From Caedibacter taeniospiralis (GTDB lineage Bacteria > Pseudomonadota > Gammaproteobacteria > Francisellales > Francisellaceae), in the NCBI RefSeq assembly GCF_002803295.2, contig NZ_PGGB02000005.1, forward strand, positions 60,059 to 92,058: a DNA stretch of 32,000 nucleotides, read 5' to 3'. Below the pieces are notes generated by a model that did no database searches, was not told the origin of the DNA, and worked only from the letters and a program-made list of their open reading frames with translations. How positions within the stretch are numbered: position 1 is the first letter of the stretch; each line of letters begins with the position of its first letter. A program made the translations under genes and the position numbers. This document shows positions 1 to 9,396 of the stretch, in pieces.

Positions 1-1209
1 TATTTGATCGAACAACTTGCTCGTAAAAGTAATAAGGTCGTGATTTTAGTCGATGAGTATGACAAACCCATTTTAGACAATGTTGACAACACCGAGATTG
101 CCAAGGCAATGCGCGGGCGTCTTAGAAATTTTTATAGCGTGATTAAATCCCAGGATGTGAATGTAAAATTTGCGATGCTCACAGGTGTGTCAAGATTTAG
201 TAAAATCAGTATTTTTAGTGAATTGAATAATTTAAAAGATATTACGCTGGATAAACGCTATGCGGATATTTGCGGCTATAACCAGAGTGAGCTAGAGCAT
301 TCATTTAACGCTTATTTGACTGAAGGACAAGTTGATCTTAAGCAACTTAAAAAATGGTATAACGGCTACAACTTCACAGGCATAGAAAGCCAAAAGGTCT
401 ATAACCCATTTGATATTTTGTTATTTATCGATGGCGATTATCAGTACCAGTCCTATTGGTTTGAAACGGCGACACCGACTTTTTTGGTCAAAATGATCGA
501 AAAGAGTCGTTATTTTATCCCAGATCTTGAAGATATTGTTGTCGGTGAGGAGATCTTAAAAACTTTTGATATTGAAACCATGCCGATTGAAACCTTACTG
601 TTTCAGACAGGCTATTTAACGATTAAAGAAATCACGAGCCGTGGTCAGACAATAGCCTATCGCTTAAGCTACCCTAATTATGAAGTCAAATACAGTCTAA
701 ATAATGCATTAGCGGTTATCGCTTCTAATCAAAGCGTTAAAAACATGCTGATTGATCGCATGCTTAATGTATTGGAAGGGGATGATTTTAAGCGTCTTGA
801 GCTGCTGCTAAGTAGCCACTTCGCCTCCATTCCACATGACTGGTATCGCAATAATCAAATTGACCAGTACGAAGGGTTTTATGCGAGCGTTGTGTATAGT
901 TTTCTAACTGCTTTGGGATACGACACGATTCCTGAGGATGTGACCAATCACGGTAAGATTGATTTGACGATTATAATGCACGATAAGATCGTGATTATCG
1001 AATTTAAACTCGCTAAGTTGGGGGATGCTAAAAGTGCTATTCAGCAGATTAAAGACAAAAAATATGCGGAAAAATATCTCAGTATCAATAAGCCTATTTA
1101 TCTCATCGGTATGAGTTTTGATCCGATTGAACGCAATGTTATGGGTCTTGCGGTTGAGCACTTTATAGCTAAAAATACAATGAAATATAAGGATTGTGAT
1201 GGAAGTTAA
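1..1209 (+). CDS. AAA-ATPase-like / PD-(D/E)XK nuclease family protein, 5' end cut by window edge
   Basis: The frame is open from base 1 (track ORF 4..1209). VVILVDEYDKPI and LTGVSRFSKISIFSELNNL resemble the predicted AAA-ATPase family (PF09820-type). The C-terminal YEGFY...GKIDLTI...IIEFKL resembles a PD-(D/E)XK core (PF08011-type). Confidence 0.7.
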   Translation, partial: YLIEQLARKSNKVVILVDEYDKPILDNVDNTEIAKAMRGRLRNFYSVIKSQDVNVKFAMLTGVSRFSKISIFSELNNLKDITLDKRYADICGYNQSELEHSFNAYLTEGQVDLKQLKKWYNGYNFTGIESQKVYNPFDILLFIDGDYQYQSYWFETATPTFLVKMIEKSRYFIPDLEDIVVGEEILKTFDIETMPIETLLFQTGYLTIKEITSRGQTIAYRLSYPNYEVKYSLNNALAVIASNQSVKNMLIDRMLNVLEGDDFKRLELLLSSHFASIPHDWYRNNQIDQYEGFYASVVYSFLTALGYDTIPEDVTNHGKIDLTIIMHDKIVIIEFKLAKLGDAKSAIQQIKDKKYAEKYLSINKPIYLIGMSFDPIERNVMGLAVEHFIAKNTMKYKDCDGS

Positions 1210-1256
1210 GCGAGGTGGTTTAACCCGAATGAAAGTTGCTGGGTTTAAGTCAATAA

Positions 1257-2144
1257 ATGTCTAATTTTTGTGAAATTATTGACCAGTTTATTGATGATAT
1301 TTGGCTTTCCGAAGGCTTAAGCCAAAATACTTTGTCCGCCTATAAAACGGATTTAAATCATTTGGCAAAAGCCTATCCAAAGAGAGATTTAGTCAAGCTT
1401 TCCTTGCAGGATTTACAAACCTTCCTGACCAGGCGCTTAAGCTTGGGATTAAGTGCGCGCTCTAATGCGCGTATGATTTCAACGCTACATAAGTTTTATC
1501 AGTGGTGTTATGCACAAGAGAAAATCAGCATAGATCCAACACAAAAATTGACTCTGCCAAAATTACCTAAATATTTGCCTCAGGATTTATCTGAGGAGGA
1601 CGTCGAAAAACTGCTTGCCGCACCAGATTTAAATAGTGACCTTGGCATAAGGGACAAAGCGTTATTGGAGCTTATCTATGCAACAGGTTTACGTGTCAGC
1701 GAACTTGTCGGTTTAACTTTGGATGATGTTAATCTGCGCCAAGGGGTGGTGCGTGTGATGGGAAAAGGTTCAAAAGAGCGCCTGGTGCCAACGGGTGAAT
1801 ATGCCCTAGATTATTTAAACAAATATATCAACGAAGTGCGTGAAGAATGGTTGCAAGGGTTGAAGCTTGATAAGCTGTTTGTGTCACATCATCGAAAAGG
1901 TATTACTCGACAAACCTTTTGGCATAGAATCAAGTATTATGCTGAACTGGCAGGGATCAATAAAGAGATTTCGCCACACACCTTGCGTCATGCCTTTGCG
2001 ACACATTTGCTTAATCACGGTGCAGATTTGCGTTCTGTACAAATGTTATTAGGGCACAGCAGTGTCTCAACGACAACGATTTACACGCATGTTTCCCAAG
2101 TGCGTTTGTTGCAGTTATATAAAATTCACCATCCACGGGCTTAG
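1257..2144 (+). CDS. xerD: site-specific tyrosine recombinase XerD
   Basis: 295 aa with an N-terminal SAM-like domain. Catalytic-region motifs are ATGLRVSEL, HTLRHAFATHLL and LLGHSSVSTTTIYTHV. The C-terminal HHPRA is typical of XerD. Confidence 0.9.
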   Translation: MSNFCEIIDQFIDDIWLSEGLSQNTLSAYKTDLNHLAKAYPKRDLVKLSLQDLQTFLTRRLSLGLSARSNARMISTLHKFYQWCYAQEKISIDPTQKLTLPKLPKYLPQDLSEEDVEKLLAAPDLNSDLGIRDKALLELIYATGLRVSELVGLTLDDVNLRQGVVRVMGKGSKERLVPTGEYALDYLNKYINEVREEWLQGLKLDKLFVSHHRKGITRQTFWHRIKYYAELAGINKEISPHTLRHAFATHLLNHGADLRSVQMLLGHSSVSTTTIYTHVSQVRLLQLYKIHHPRA

Positions 2145-2620
2145 GCTTTATTTTCACTACTTTCCAGAAGCTTGCGCACTTTCACGACTTTAATCCAGTA
2201 GATAATGTAGATGACAATACACGCGATAGAAGCAAACGGTGAAATAATGGGAACAAAGGTGACAATAGGTAAAATTACCAGGGCAAGACCCAGAATAAAC
2301 AGGGTGTCACCGCGAAGTTTAATCGCCATATCCTGATATTTTTTAAGGGCATTGCCAACGCCAAATGGTAAGACAATCCACTGAAAAACATAGCCAACAA
2401 CAGGTACAAGAAATAACCAGGCAAACCATGGTTTACTGATTTGCTTATCATTGTCGATGACTTTTAAGAGTTTGTAAACGCTCCATGAAAATAGAATGGA
2501 GAAGAGATAAAAAACAACGATCATTATTAAAAGTGCAATTCCAACACCCATGATGGAATAGGGATCAGTTGAAGTTGTCGTGCTTTGGATGCTGATGTTG
2601 GTGACGGTTTCCTGATTCAT
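2141..2620 (-). CDS. hypothetical small integral membrane protein
   Basis: 159-aa ORF with several long hydrophobic segments and no family I recognise. It lies downstream of lpxH on the same strand. Its stop overlaps the xerD stop by 4 nt, with the two genes convergent. Confidence 0.5.
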   Translation of the reverse strand: MNQETVTNISIQSTTTSTDPYSIMGVGIALLIMIVVFYLFSILFSWSVYKLLKVIDNDKQISKPWFAWLFLVPVVGYVFQWIVLPFGVGNALKKYQDMAIKLRGDTLFILGLALVILPIVTFVPIISPFASIACIVIYIIYWIKVVKVRKLLESSENKA

Positions 2621-2712
2621 GGGTTTAGGCTCCTTATTTTAACCTCAATAAATGTGTGCTAAGTATGGCAAAATCCTGCTGATTTTAAAACTATGATAAC
2701 GACCAAATGAGA

Positions 2713-3423
2713 TTAAACAGTTAAGCTTACCAGGGAAATATTTTCATTCGTGTCAATATGAATATAACTTCCGCTGTTAAACCAGTCCCCCAGCACATAA
2801 CGGGTATACCCTTTTTCATAATGTACATTCAACATGTGTGTGTGCCCATGAATAAGGGTTTGATACTGATTCAGGTATTTTTGAATGCCTTTTTCGGTGA
2901 CATCAATGACTTTATATTGAGCATTTTTGTGTTTGCTTTGTCTGCGAATTTTCTGCGCAATTTTTTGCCTTAATGGGCGAGGTAATGCCAGGTAAAGCTT
3001 TTGAATGAGTCTGCTTCTGACAAATTGACGAAAAATCTGGTAGCTTTTGTCATCGGTGCAAAGCAGATCGCCGTGCATAAGCAAAATGGCTTTATGCTCA
3101 AGGTTTAATACATAGGGATCAGGAATAAGTTCGAGCTTAGCCTTCCTGGCAAATGTTTTTCCAATGAGAAAGTCGCGATTGCCGTGCATAAAGTAGACCT
3201 GTAATCCTTGATCATGCGCGTTGGACAGCAGTTTAATAATATGTTGCTGGAAATCACTGATAACATCATCACCTACCCAATAGTCAAAGAAGTCTCCTAA
3301 TATAAACAGTGTATTATCCGTGATGCTGATTTGTGATAGAAACTCTGCAAATAAGGAAGTCGCTTCAGGGCGGGCTTCACTTAAATGCAAATCTGCGATG
3401 ATGTAATAGTTTTGATAACTCAT
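2713..3423 (-). CDS. lpxH: UDP-2,3-diacylglucosamine diphosphatase
   Basis: 236 aa with calcineurin-like metallophosphoesterase motifs in LpxH order: ADLHLS, GDFFDYWVGDD, HGNRDF, MHGD, GHTH. Confidence 0.9.
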   Translation of the reverse strand: MSYQNYYIIADLHLSEARPEATSLFAEFLSQISITDNTLFILGDFFDYWVGDDVISDFQQHIIKLLSNAHDQGLQVYFMHGNRDFLIGKTFARKAKLELIPDPYVLNLEHKAILLMHGDLLCTDDKSYQIFRQFVRSRLIQKLYLALPRPLRQKIAQKIRRQSKHKNAQYKVIDVTEKGIQKYLNQYQTLIHGHTHMLNVHYEKGYTRYVLGDWFNSGSYIHIDTNENISLVSLTV

Positions 3424-3602
3424 TTAGTGTTTTTAGTGCTTTGTTTATTCAATAACGCGTGTTTAGTATAACAAGGATCCCGTCTATGAAAATCATTAAT
3501 TCAGGTCAATTGTGTAATCCATTGACCAGTGGTGGTATCCGCTACAATTTTGGTAGTGTTTGGTGTAGTATTTGGCGCATTGCAAAGAGGGTAAACAGAA
3601 CA

Positions 3603-5021
3603 ATGCAAAGCAATTTACAAAAAGCGCGTGTCTTAGTCGTGGGCGACTTAATGCTGGATCGTTATTACTATGGTGCCACTGAACGTATTTCTCCTGAGGC
3701 ACCCGTGCCTGTGGTACATGTTAAAACGATTCAGGATCGAGCAGGAGGGGCAGGTAACGTCGCACTGAATATTGCTTCACTTGAGGGTAAGGCGGGTATT
3801 TGTGCGATGGTGGGTCAAGATGAACCTGCTCAAATCTTAGAAAAATTTTTCGCTGAGCAATCGATTCAAGCACATTTAATGGGAACACATTTACCAACGA
3901 TCACTAAATTAAGGGTGTTATCACAAAAGCAACAACTTTTGCGTTTGGATTTTGAAGAAGGATTTAGCCAGATTGATGGTGCTTTATTGGCAAAGAATGT
4001 GAGTAAAGTTATCGGGCAGTATAATGTGATGATTTTATCGGATTACGGCAAAGGTACATTACAGGATGCTAGAAGCTTAATTGCCTTGGCAAAGTCACGT
4101 GATATAGCCGTACTTGTTGATCCTAAAGGCAATGATTTTAGTATTTATCAGGGAGCGAGCTTAATTACTCCCAATCGCAAAGAATTTGAAGCAGTTGTGG
4201 GTAAATGCCATGATGAAAAAGAGCTCGTTGAGAAAGCCAGAGGGCTCATTAGAGCATGTCAATTGGGTGGCTTATTGATTACACGCAGTGAAGAGGGGAT
4301 GACACTTGTGTTAAACACAGGTGAGCTCACAACGATCCCCACTGTTGCCAAAGAAGTGTTTGATGTAACTGGTGCGGGAGATACCGTGATTGCCGTGATG
4401 GCGATGGCTATCTCTTGTGGTTATGATCTAATTTCAGCGATGCGCTTAGCTAATGCTGCTGCGGGCGTTGTCGTGGGTAAAGTGGGAACTGCGACGCTTA
4501 ATGCTCAGGAACTGCACGATGCACTTCATGCGCAAACAAGGGTTGATAAAGGAATTTTAAGTGAGAGTGCACTAAAAAAAGCCATGAATGAAGTGCGTCT
4601 TCAAGGTGAAAAGGTGGTAATGACCAATGGATGTTTTGATATTTTGCATGCAGGACACGTGGAATATTTACAAAAAGCACGTGCACTGGGAGATCGGCTT
4701 ATCGTTGCTGTCAATACGGATGAATCAGTAAAGCGCATTAAAGGGAATACACGTCCTTATGTGGGTTTACAGTCAAGGATGGAGGTTTTAGCGGCGCTAT
4801 CTTGCGTTGATTGGGTGGTCGCATTTGATGAAGACACCCCTAAACGGATTATATCTGAGATTTTACCCGATATTTTAGTCAAGGGTGCTGACTATGAGAT
4901 CGATCAGATTGCGGGTGCCAGGGAGGTCATGGCAGCAGGGGGAGAGGTTAAAACCATCACCTTAAAACCAGATCACTCCAGCACATCAATTATTGAAAAA
5001 ATTAAGACAACAATAAACTGA
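3603..5021 (+). CDS. hldE: bifunctional D-beta-D-heptose 7-phosphate kinase / D-beta-D-heptose 1-phosphate adenylyltransferase
   Basis: The N-terminal half is PfkB-like (VLVVGDLMLDRYYYG, DVTGAGDTVIA). The C-terminal half is a cytidylyltransferase (TNGCFDILHAGHVEYL). I chose the ATG at 3603 (MQSNLQKARVLVVGD) over the track start at 3459, because the upstream 48 codons show no homology and overlap the divergent promoter region. Confidence 0.9.
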   Translation: MQSNLQKARVLVVGDLMLDRYYYGATERISPEAPVPVVHVKTIQDRAGGAGNVALNIASLEGKAGICAMVGQDEPAQILEKFFAEQSIQAHLMGTHLPTITKLRVLSQKQQLLRLDFEEGFSQIDGALLAKNVSKVIGQYNVMILSDYGKGTLQDARSLIALAKSRDIAVLVDPKGNDFSIYQGASLITPNRKEFEAVVGKCHDEKELVEKARGLIRACQLGGLLITRSEEGMTLVLNTGELTTIPTVAKEVFDVTGAGDTVIAVMAMAISCGYDLISAMRLANAAAGVVVGKVGTATLNAQELHDALHAQTRVDKGILSESALKKAMNEVRLQGEKVVMTNGCFDILHAGHVEYLQKARALGDRLIVAVNTDESVKRIKGNTRPYVGLQSRMEVLAALSCVDWVVAFDEDTPKRIISEILPDILVKGADYEIDQIAGAREVMAAGGEVKTITLKPDHSSTSIIEKIKTTIN

Positions 5022-5056
5022 CATTTACACAAGTTTTATAAAGGGTATTAAACGAT

Positions 5057-6433
5057 ATGAAGCATGTTCATATACTGGGTATTTGCGGCACATTTATGGG
5101 TGCGCTTGCTATTTTGGCGCGTGAAAAGGGCTATAAAGTCACAGGAAGTGACCAGAATGTTTATCCACCTATGAGTACGTACCTAAATAACCAGGGGATT
5201 GAATTAATTGAGGGTTATGACTATGACCTTTTAGCGCTTAAGCCTGACCAGGTTGTTGTTGGTAATACCATGCGTCGTGGCATGCCGATCATTGAGGATT
5301 TATTAAATAGTGATCAAGTGTATTTTTCAGCACCTCACTGGCTTTATGAAGAAGTTCTAAAAGATAAAAGGGTGATTGCCATTGCTGGAACTCATGGCAA
5401 AACTACAACGACCTCATTGGTGATTAAGCTATTAGAAGATGCAAGTCTAAATCCAGGTTTTTTAGTGGGCGGAATCAGCCAGGATTTTGGCATTTCTTCT
5501 CGCTTAACGGATTCCCCCTATTTTGTTATTGAAGCGGATGAGTATGATACGGCGTTTTTTGATAAAAGATCGAAATTCATGCACTATCACCCATGGATTT
5601 TAGTGATTAATAATTTAGAGTTTGATCATGCCGATATCTTTAACAGCATGGATGACATTTATCGTCAATTTCATCATTTACTAAGAACGATGCCTGGAAA
5701 ATCGATGGTTATTTATCCAGAAGACGACCAGAATATCCTGCATCTCTTGAATATGGGGTGCTGGTCAAAGCGTATTACAGTTAGGACAAAGTCACTCGAC
5801 ATTTCCTCCGCCAAAGCAGATTTTAGCGAGTTTTTCCTCATTGATGAAGATAAAACGGAGCTTGTACAATGGTCAATGCTGGGGGAGTATAATGCGAGAA
5901 ATGCGTTATCTGCCTATGCGGTTGCCAAAGTGCTTGGATTGTCGCTGACTGATGTGGTGCCAGGTTTCACCCATTTTAAAGGAGTAAAGCGGCGTTTAGA
6001 GTGTATTTTTCACCATGATAATTGTGCCATTTATGATGATTTTGCGCATCATCCAACGGCGGTAAGAGAAACCTTAATGGCGATGAAAGCAAAAGCTCAA
6101 ACTCAAGAAAAAGTCGTGGCGATCCTGGAACCTCGATCAAACACCATGAAAATGGGGGCGCAAGAAAGTGAGCTCATCAAGGCGCTTGGCATCGCAGATG
6201 AGGTGTGGTTTTATCAAAATGGTACGATGCAGTGGCAGGCAAAGATCCACCAAAAAGAACATTTTTTAGTCTTTGATTGTGTTGATGACATTGTTGCATA
6301 CTTTACTAAGCATTCAAAAGAAGACGTATTTACGCATTATGTGTTGATGAGTAATGGCTCTTTTGACGGCTTGCATCAAAAGCTGGTCAATGCAAAACAG
6401 TGGCTAATAGAAAATAGCAGAGCAGGAAAATAA
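5057..6433 (+). CDS. mpl: UDP-N-acetylmuramate:L-alanyl-gamma-D-glutamyl-meso-diaminopimelate ligase
   Basis: 458 aa of the Mur ligase family. It starts MKHVHILGICGTFMG, carries the ATP-binding GTHGKTTT motif, and matches Mpl in length and layout. Confidence 0.9.
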   Translation: MKHVHILGICGTFMGALAILAREKGYKVTGSDQNVYPPMSTYLNNQGIELIEGYDYDLLALKPDQVVVGNTMRRGMPIIEDLLNSDQVYFSAPHWLYEEVLKDKRVIAIAGTHGKTTTTSLVIKLLEDASLNPGFLVGGISQDFGISSRLTDSPYFVIEADEYDTAFFDKRSKFMHYHPWILVINNLEFDHADIFNSMDDIYRQFHHLLRTMPGKSMVIYPEDDQNILHLLNMGCWSKRITVRTKSLDISSAKADFSEFFLIDEDKTELVQWSMLGEYNARNALSAYAVAKVLGLSLTDVVPGFTHFKGVKRRLECIFHHDNCAIYDDFAHHPTAVRETLMAMKAKAQTQEKVVAILEPRSNTMKMGAQESELIKALGIADEVWFYQNGTMQWQAKIHQKEHFLVFDCVDDIVAYFTKHSKEDVFTHYVLMSNGSFDGLHQKLVNAKQWLIENSRAGK

Positions 6434-7640
6434 GGCTAAGCAGCGATCCTATCAGGAAGAATGAGCAAAAGCGAAAGGCAAAAATCTTCATTTTTTCAGC
6501 GTATTGGAAGATAATGACATTACTTGCAGCTCCAAGCATACTTAAATTTCCTGCCAGCGTACTGCCAATACTCAAAGCAATGAGTAGCTCCGTTGAGTGG
6601 CTATTGTACTGATTAAGGACAGGCAAAAGAAGCATTACCGCAGGAACGTTGGATAAAATCTGGCTAAGCACAAAACCAATAATCACAAGGCTTAGTGGAT
6701 GAATAAGCCAGTGTTGGTGTATATCCAAAAACGCCTGGGTTATCCCCGTGAGCCACACAGCGTGCATAAAAATAAACATCGCAATAAAGAAGAGTAAACT
6801 ATACCAGTCAACACCTTTGATGACCCTAAAGCGCCTAGGGTAGAATAACAAAATAGGCAGACAAGCCAGCAAGGCAATCATGCTAAGCGACAGGAAAAAA
6901 TGTAGATCAAGCACGGCAAACAGTATTTTTAAAATGATTAAAGAAATAAAGATTGTCATGGCTAAATAGATAGGGACAATTTTTCGTGTTTCAAACTTGG
7001 GTGTTTCAATGGCTGATTTTTCGATAGCTATGGGGTTTTGCAACTGCTTGTGGTAGATAAAAGTGATAATTTTATAGCAGGCATATAGGCTGATAAGACT
7101 GGGAATAATCAAATGGGTAAAAAAGCTGATAAAAGGCGAGTCAAGATATTGTGCAATTAATAAATTCTGTGGGTTGCCAACTGGGCTAAATGCGCTGCCG
7201 ATTGTCATGCTAAAAGCCAGTGTGTACAAATAGGGTTGAGGCGTGAGATTAAACCGTCTGATAAGACTAATCACCGTCCCAATGCCGATGATGGCAATGG
7301 TATCGTTAAGGAGTAATGCAGAGAGTAGACCACTGCTAAAGCAGAGGACAAAAAGGAGTTTCTGTTGTGATATTTGATGGGATAAATAGTTAAACAGCAG
7401 GGTTTCAAGTAGTTTGCTGTCGTGAAGAGCGCTACCTATAAAAAATACAGCCAATAGATAGAAAATCGTTGCAAAATTAATGGCATTAAAAGCCTGCTTC
7501 AGTGTAATGTTTCCACTGATCAAAACCGCTAATGCACAGGCAGACATCACAAGCCAGATAGGTAATGAGAACTGCCCAATTTTTCGCATCGAAGCGCCTA
7601 TGAGAACAAATAAAAGTAAAATGAGTGGGAAGTATTGCAA
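6387..7640 (-). CDS. ArsB/NhaD/CitMHS-superfamily anion permease (SLC13-like)
   Basis: 417-aa polytopic membrane protein with a two-half repeat architecture typical of this superfamily. It appears to start at TTG. Its 3' end overlaps the mpl 3' end. Confidence 0.6.
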   Translation of the reverse strand: MQYFPLILLLFVLIGASMRKIGQFSLPIWLVMSACALAVLISGNITLKQAFNAINFATIFYLLAVFFIGSALHDSKLLETLLFNYLSHQISQQKLLFVLCFSSGLLSALLLNDTIAIIGIGTVISLIRRFNLTPQPYLYTLAFSMTIGSAFSPVGNPQNLLIAQYLDSPFISFFTHLIIPSLISLYACYKIITFIYHKQLQNPIAIEKSAIETPKFETRKIVPIYLAMTIFISLIILKILFAVLDLHFFLSLSMIALLACLPILLFYPRRFRVIKGVDWYSLLFFIAMFIFMHAVWLTGITQAFLDIHQHWLIHPLSLVIIGFVLSQILSNVPAVMLLLPVLNQYNSHSTELLIALSIGSTLAGNLSMLGAASNVIIFQYAEKMKIFAFRFCSFFLIGSLLSLIFLLCYFLLATVLH

Positions 7641-7728
7641 TTAAGACTCGAATCGCTCTGTTATAAAGTTTTGGGATTATATATCAGCTATGAACTATTT
7701 TGCAGAGATTTCACTGCTATCTTCCAGG

Positions 7729-7776
7729 GTCATATACTACCCCAAACTGTCAAGACAGTTTGGGGTAGTATATGAC
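7729..7776. repeat. perfect 48-bp palindrome (23-nt arms, 2-nt centre)
   Basis: GTCATATACTACCCCAAACTGTC-AA-GACAGTTTGGGGTAGTATATGAC, located in the divergent permease/malQ intergenic region. Confidence 0.95.
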
Positions 7777-7984
7777 AGCAACTATGCTTTTTGTGTGCCA
7801 TTATGAAAACCTTTTTGGCGGCGAGCAGCCTTGCTTGCTTGTGGAGTCAGCTGCTCGCGTCAAAAGTTTTCGTATAACAATTAAAATCCCTTGCAAAAGG
7901 GAGAAAGTCCATATATGGTCAGACCTGCGAGGCGAGGTAGTGCAGCAAAAATGCGTAACGCCCATCAATAAACAGGGACAAAGG

Positions 7985-9367
7985 ATGAATCAACAACGAA
8001 AAGCGGGGGTTTTGTTACACCCTACCTCGTTACCAAATGGTGTATTGGATCAACATGCTTATAAATTTATAGACTGGTTGAGTGAGTCTGATTTGGGTAT
8101 ATGGCAAATGTTACCTCTGACGCCACCTGTTGATGGTATCTCTCCTTATCACAGCGACTCAGCCTTTGCATTGAATACGGCGTTGTTACCAGACGACTGG
8201 CAGGTGCATTTTGATCATAAAAAATTTCAGCAATATCTTCAAAATCCCCCAGAATGGCTAGAGGATTATGTACTTTTTCAGATATTAAAAAATAAATACC
8301 ATACACCTTGGTCAAAGTGGCCCCATGAATATTGCTTTAGAGACTCAAAAGCGCTGCTAAGTTTAAACATGACATTTGCAGCCGAAATATTGCAGCATAA
8401 AAAGCAGCAATTTGCGATCTTTGACGTATGGCAAAAAGTTAAGCGCTATGCAAACCAGAAGGGTATTCAGCTTTTTGGTGATATTCCCATATTTATTACC
8501 TACAATAGCGTCGATGTGTGGGCAAATTTATCTCAATTTAAGCTCGATCAGAATCTTCAGCCACTGGTGGTCACAGGAGTCCCTCCTGATTATTTTTCTG
8601 AAGAAGGGCAGTTATGGGGAAATCCTCACTACGACTGGGGCAGGATGGAAGAAAATGGCTTTAGATGGTGGGTGAGCCGAATTGAAGAGGCATTCAAATA
8701 TTTTGACCTGTTGCGTATTGATCACTTTAGGGGGCTTCAGGCGGTATGGGAAATTCCAGCAGATTCTCATACTGCAAGAAATGGACAGTGGCATAAGGTG
8801 CCTGGCAGTGCGCTATTAGATAAACTCCAGCAAAAATTCCCGGAAATGCCGTTTATCGCAGAGGATCTTGGGTTTATTACACCAGAGGTTGTGGCGTTAA
8901 AAAACAAATATGACTTGCTGGGAATGTCTGTTTTGCAGTTTGGGTTTAATGGACATGCGAACAACCCTCATGCCCTGTATAATCAGAGTGCAAATGCGGT
9001 GGTATATACAGGAACACATGATAATGACACCTCCCTTGGCTGGTTTAATAGTTTAGATGAACCAACCCAAAAAATAGTGCTTGATCAGCTATCAGCAAAA
9101 GAAACACCTATGCCTTGGCCTTTGATTGATGCAGCACTGGCTTCACCTGCTAGGTTATCGATTATCCCTATGCAAGACTGGCTTGGCTTTGGAACTTCGA
9201 CCAGAATGAATACGCCAGGAACGATTTCAAATAATTGGAGTTGGCGGTTTCAATGGCATGATGTACCCGAACAATTAAGCAATAAAATAAAGGCATTAGT
9301 TGAAAAGACACAAAGATCAGAAAGTGTGATGGCTAATGCAGGTAATGAAGGGTTTCCTCATGGATAA
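7985..9367 (+). CDS. malQ: 4-alpha-glucanotransferase (amylomaltase)
   Basis: GH77 motifs: AGVLLHPTSLP at the N-terminus, LLRIDHFRG, and GTHDNDT. I chose the ATG at 7985 with an AAGGA Shine-Dalgarno sequence upstream. The track extension back to 7772 crosses structured non-coding sequence. Confidence 0.85.
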   Translation: MNQQRKAGVLLHPTSLPNGVLDQHAYKFIDWLSESDLGIWQMLPLTPPVDGISPYHSDSAFALNTALLPDDWQVHFDHKKFQQYLQNPPEWLEDYVLFQILKNKYHTPWSKWPHEYCFRDSKALLSLNMTFAAEILQHKKQQFAIFDVWQKVKRYANQKGIQLFGDIPIFITYNSVDVWANLSQFKLDQNLQPLVVTGVPPDYFSEEGQLWGNPHYDWGRMEENGFRWWVSRIEEAFKYFDLLRIDHFRGLQAVWEIPADSHTARNGQWHKVPGSALLDKLQQKFPEMPFIAEDLGFITPEVVALKNKYDLLGMSVLQFGFNGHANNPHALYNQSANAVVYTGTHDNDTSLGWFNSLDEPTQKIVLDQLSAKETPMPWPLIDAALASPARLSIIPMQDWLGFGTSTRMNTPGTISNNWSWRFQWHDVPEQLSNKIKALVEKTQRSESVMANAGNEGFPHG

Positions 9368-9396
9368 AATGGAGCAATGTATACAGCAGTTACAAA

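Noticed and set aside
904-1161. Antisense or alternate-frame ORFs nested in confident genes (for example 904..1161, 1867..2052, 2758..2973, 8067..8315, 8376..8675, 10450..10638, 13298..13495, 13816..14061, 16142..16384, 16940..17263, 18663..18962, 18989..19246, 20295..20528, 21146..21379, 23983..24222, 25844..26160, 27460..27663, 30294..30876, 31660..31876)
   Set aside because: All are fully contained in longer ORFs with clear family signatures and show no recognisable motifs of their own. They are typical shadow ORFs.
3459-3602. N-terminal extensions in the ORF track for hldE (3459), malQ (7772), rppH (19289), the GT39 gene (17649) and the Trm112-like gene (25627)
   Set aside because: In each case homology to the family begins at an internal Met. 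The upstream codons cover intergenic, promoter or structured sequence with no recognisable protein signal. Shorter starts were used.
7899-7960. RNase P RNA-like strings (GAGAAAGTCC, then GTAACGCC) upstream of malQ
   Set aside because: Only about 85 nt remain before the malQ start codon and the whole intergenic region is 344 nt. There is no room for the P4 partner, the specificity domain or the 3' half of a roughly 350-400 nt rnpB. The core also differs from the conserved GAGGAAAGUCC. I treat it as coincidental similarity within a leader.
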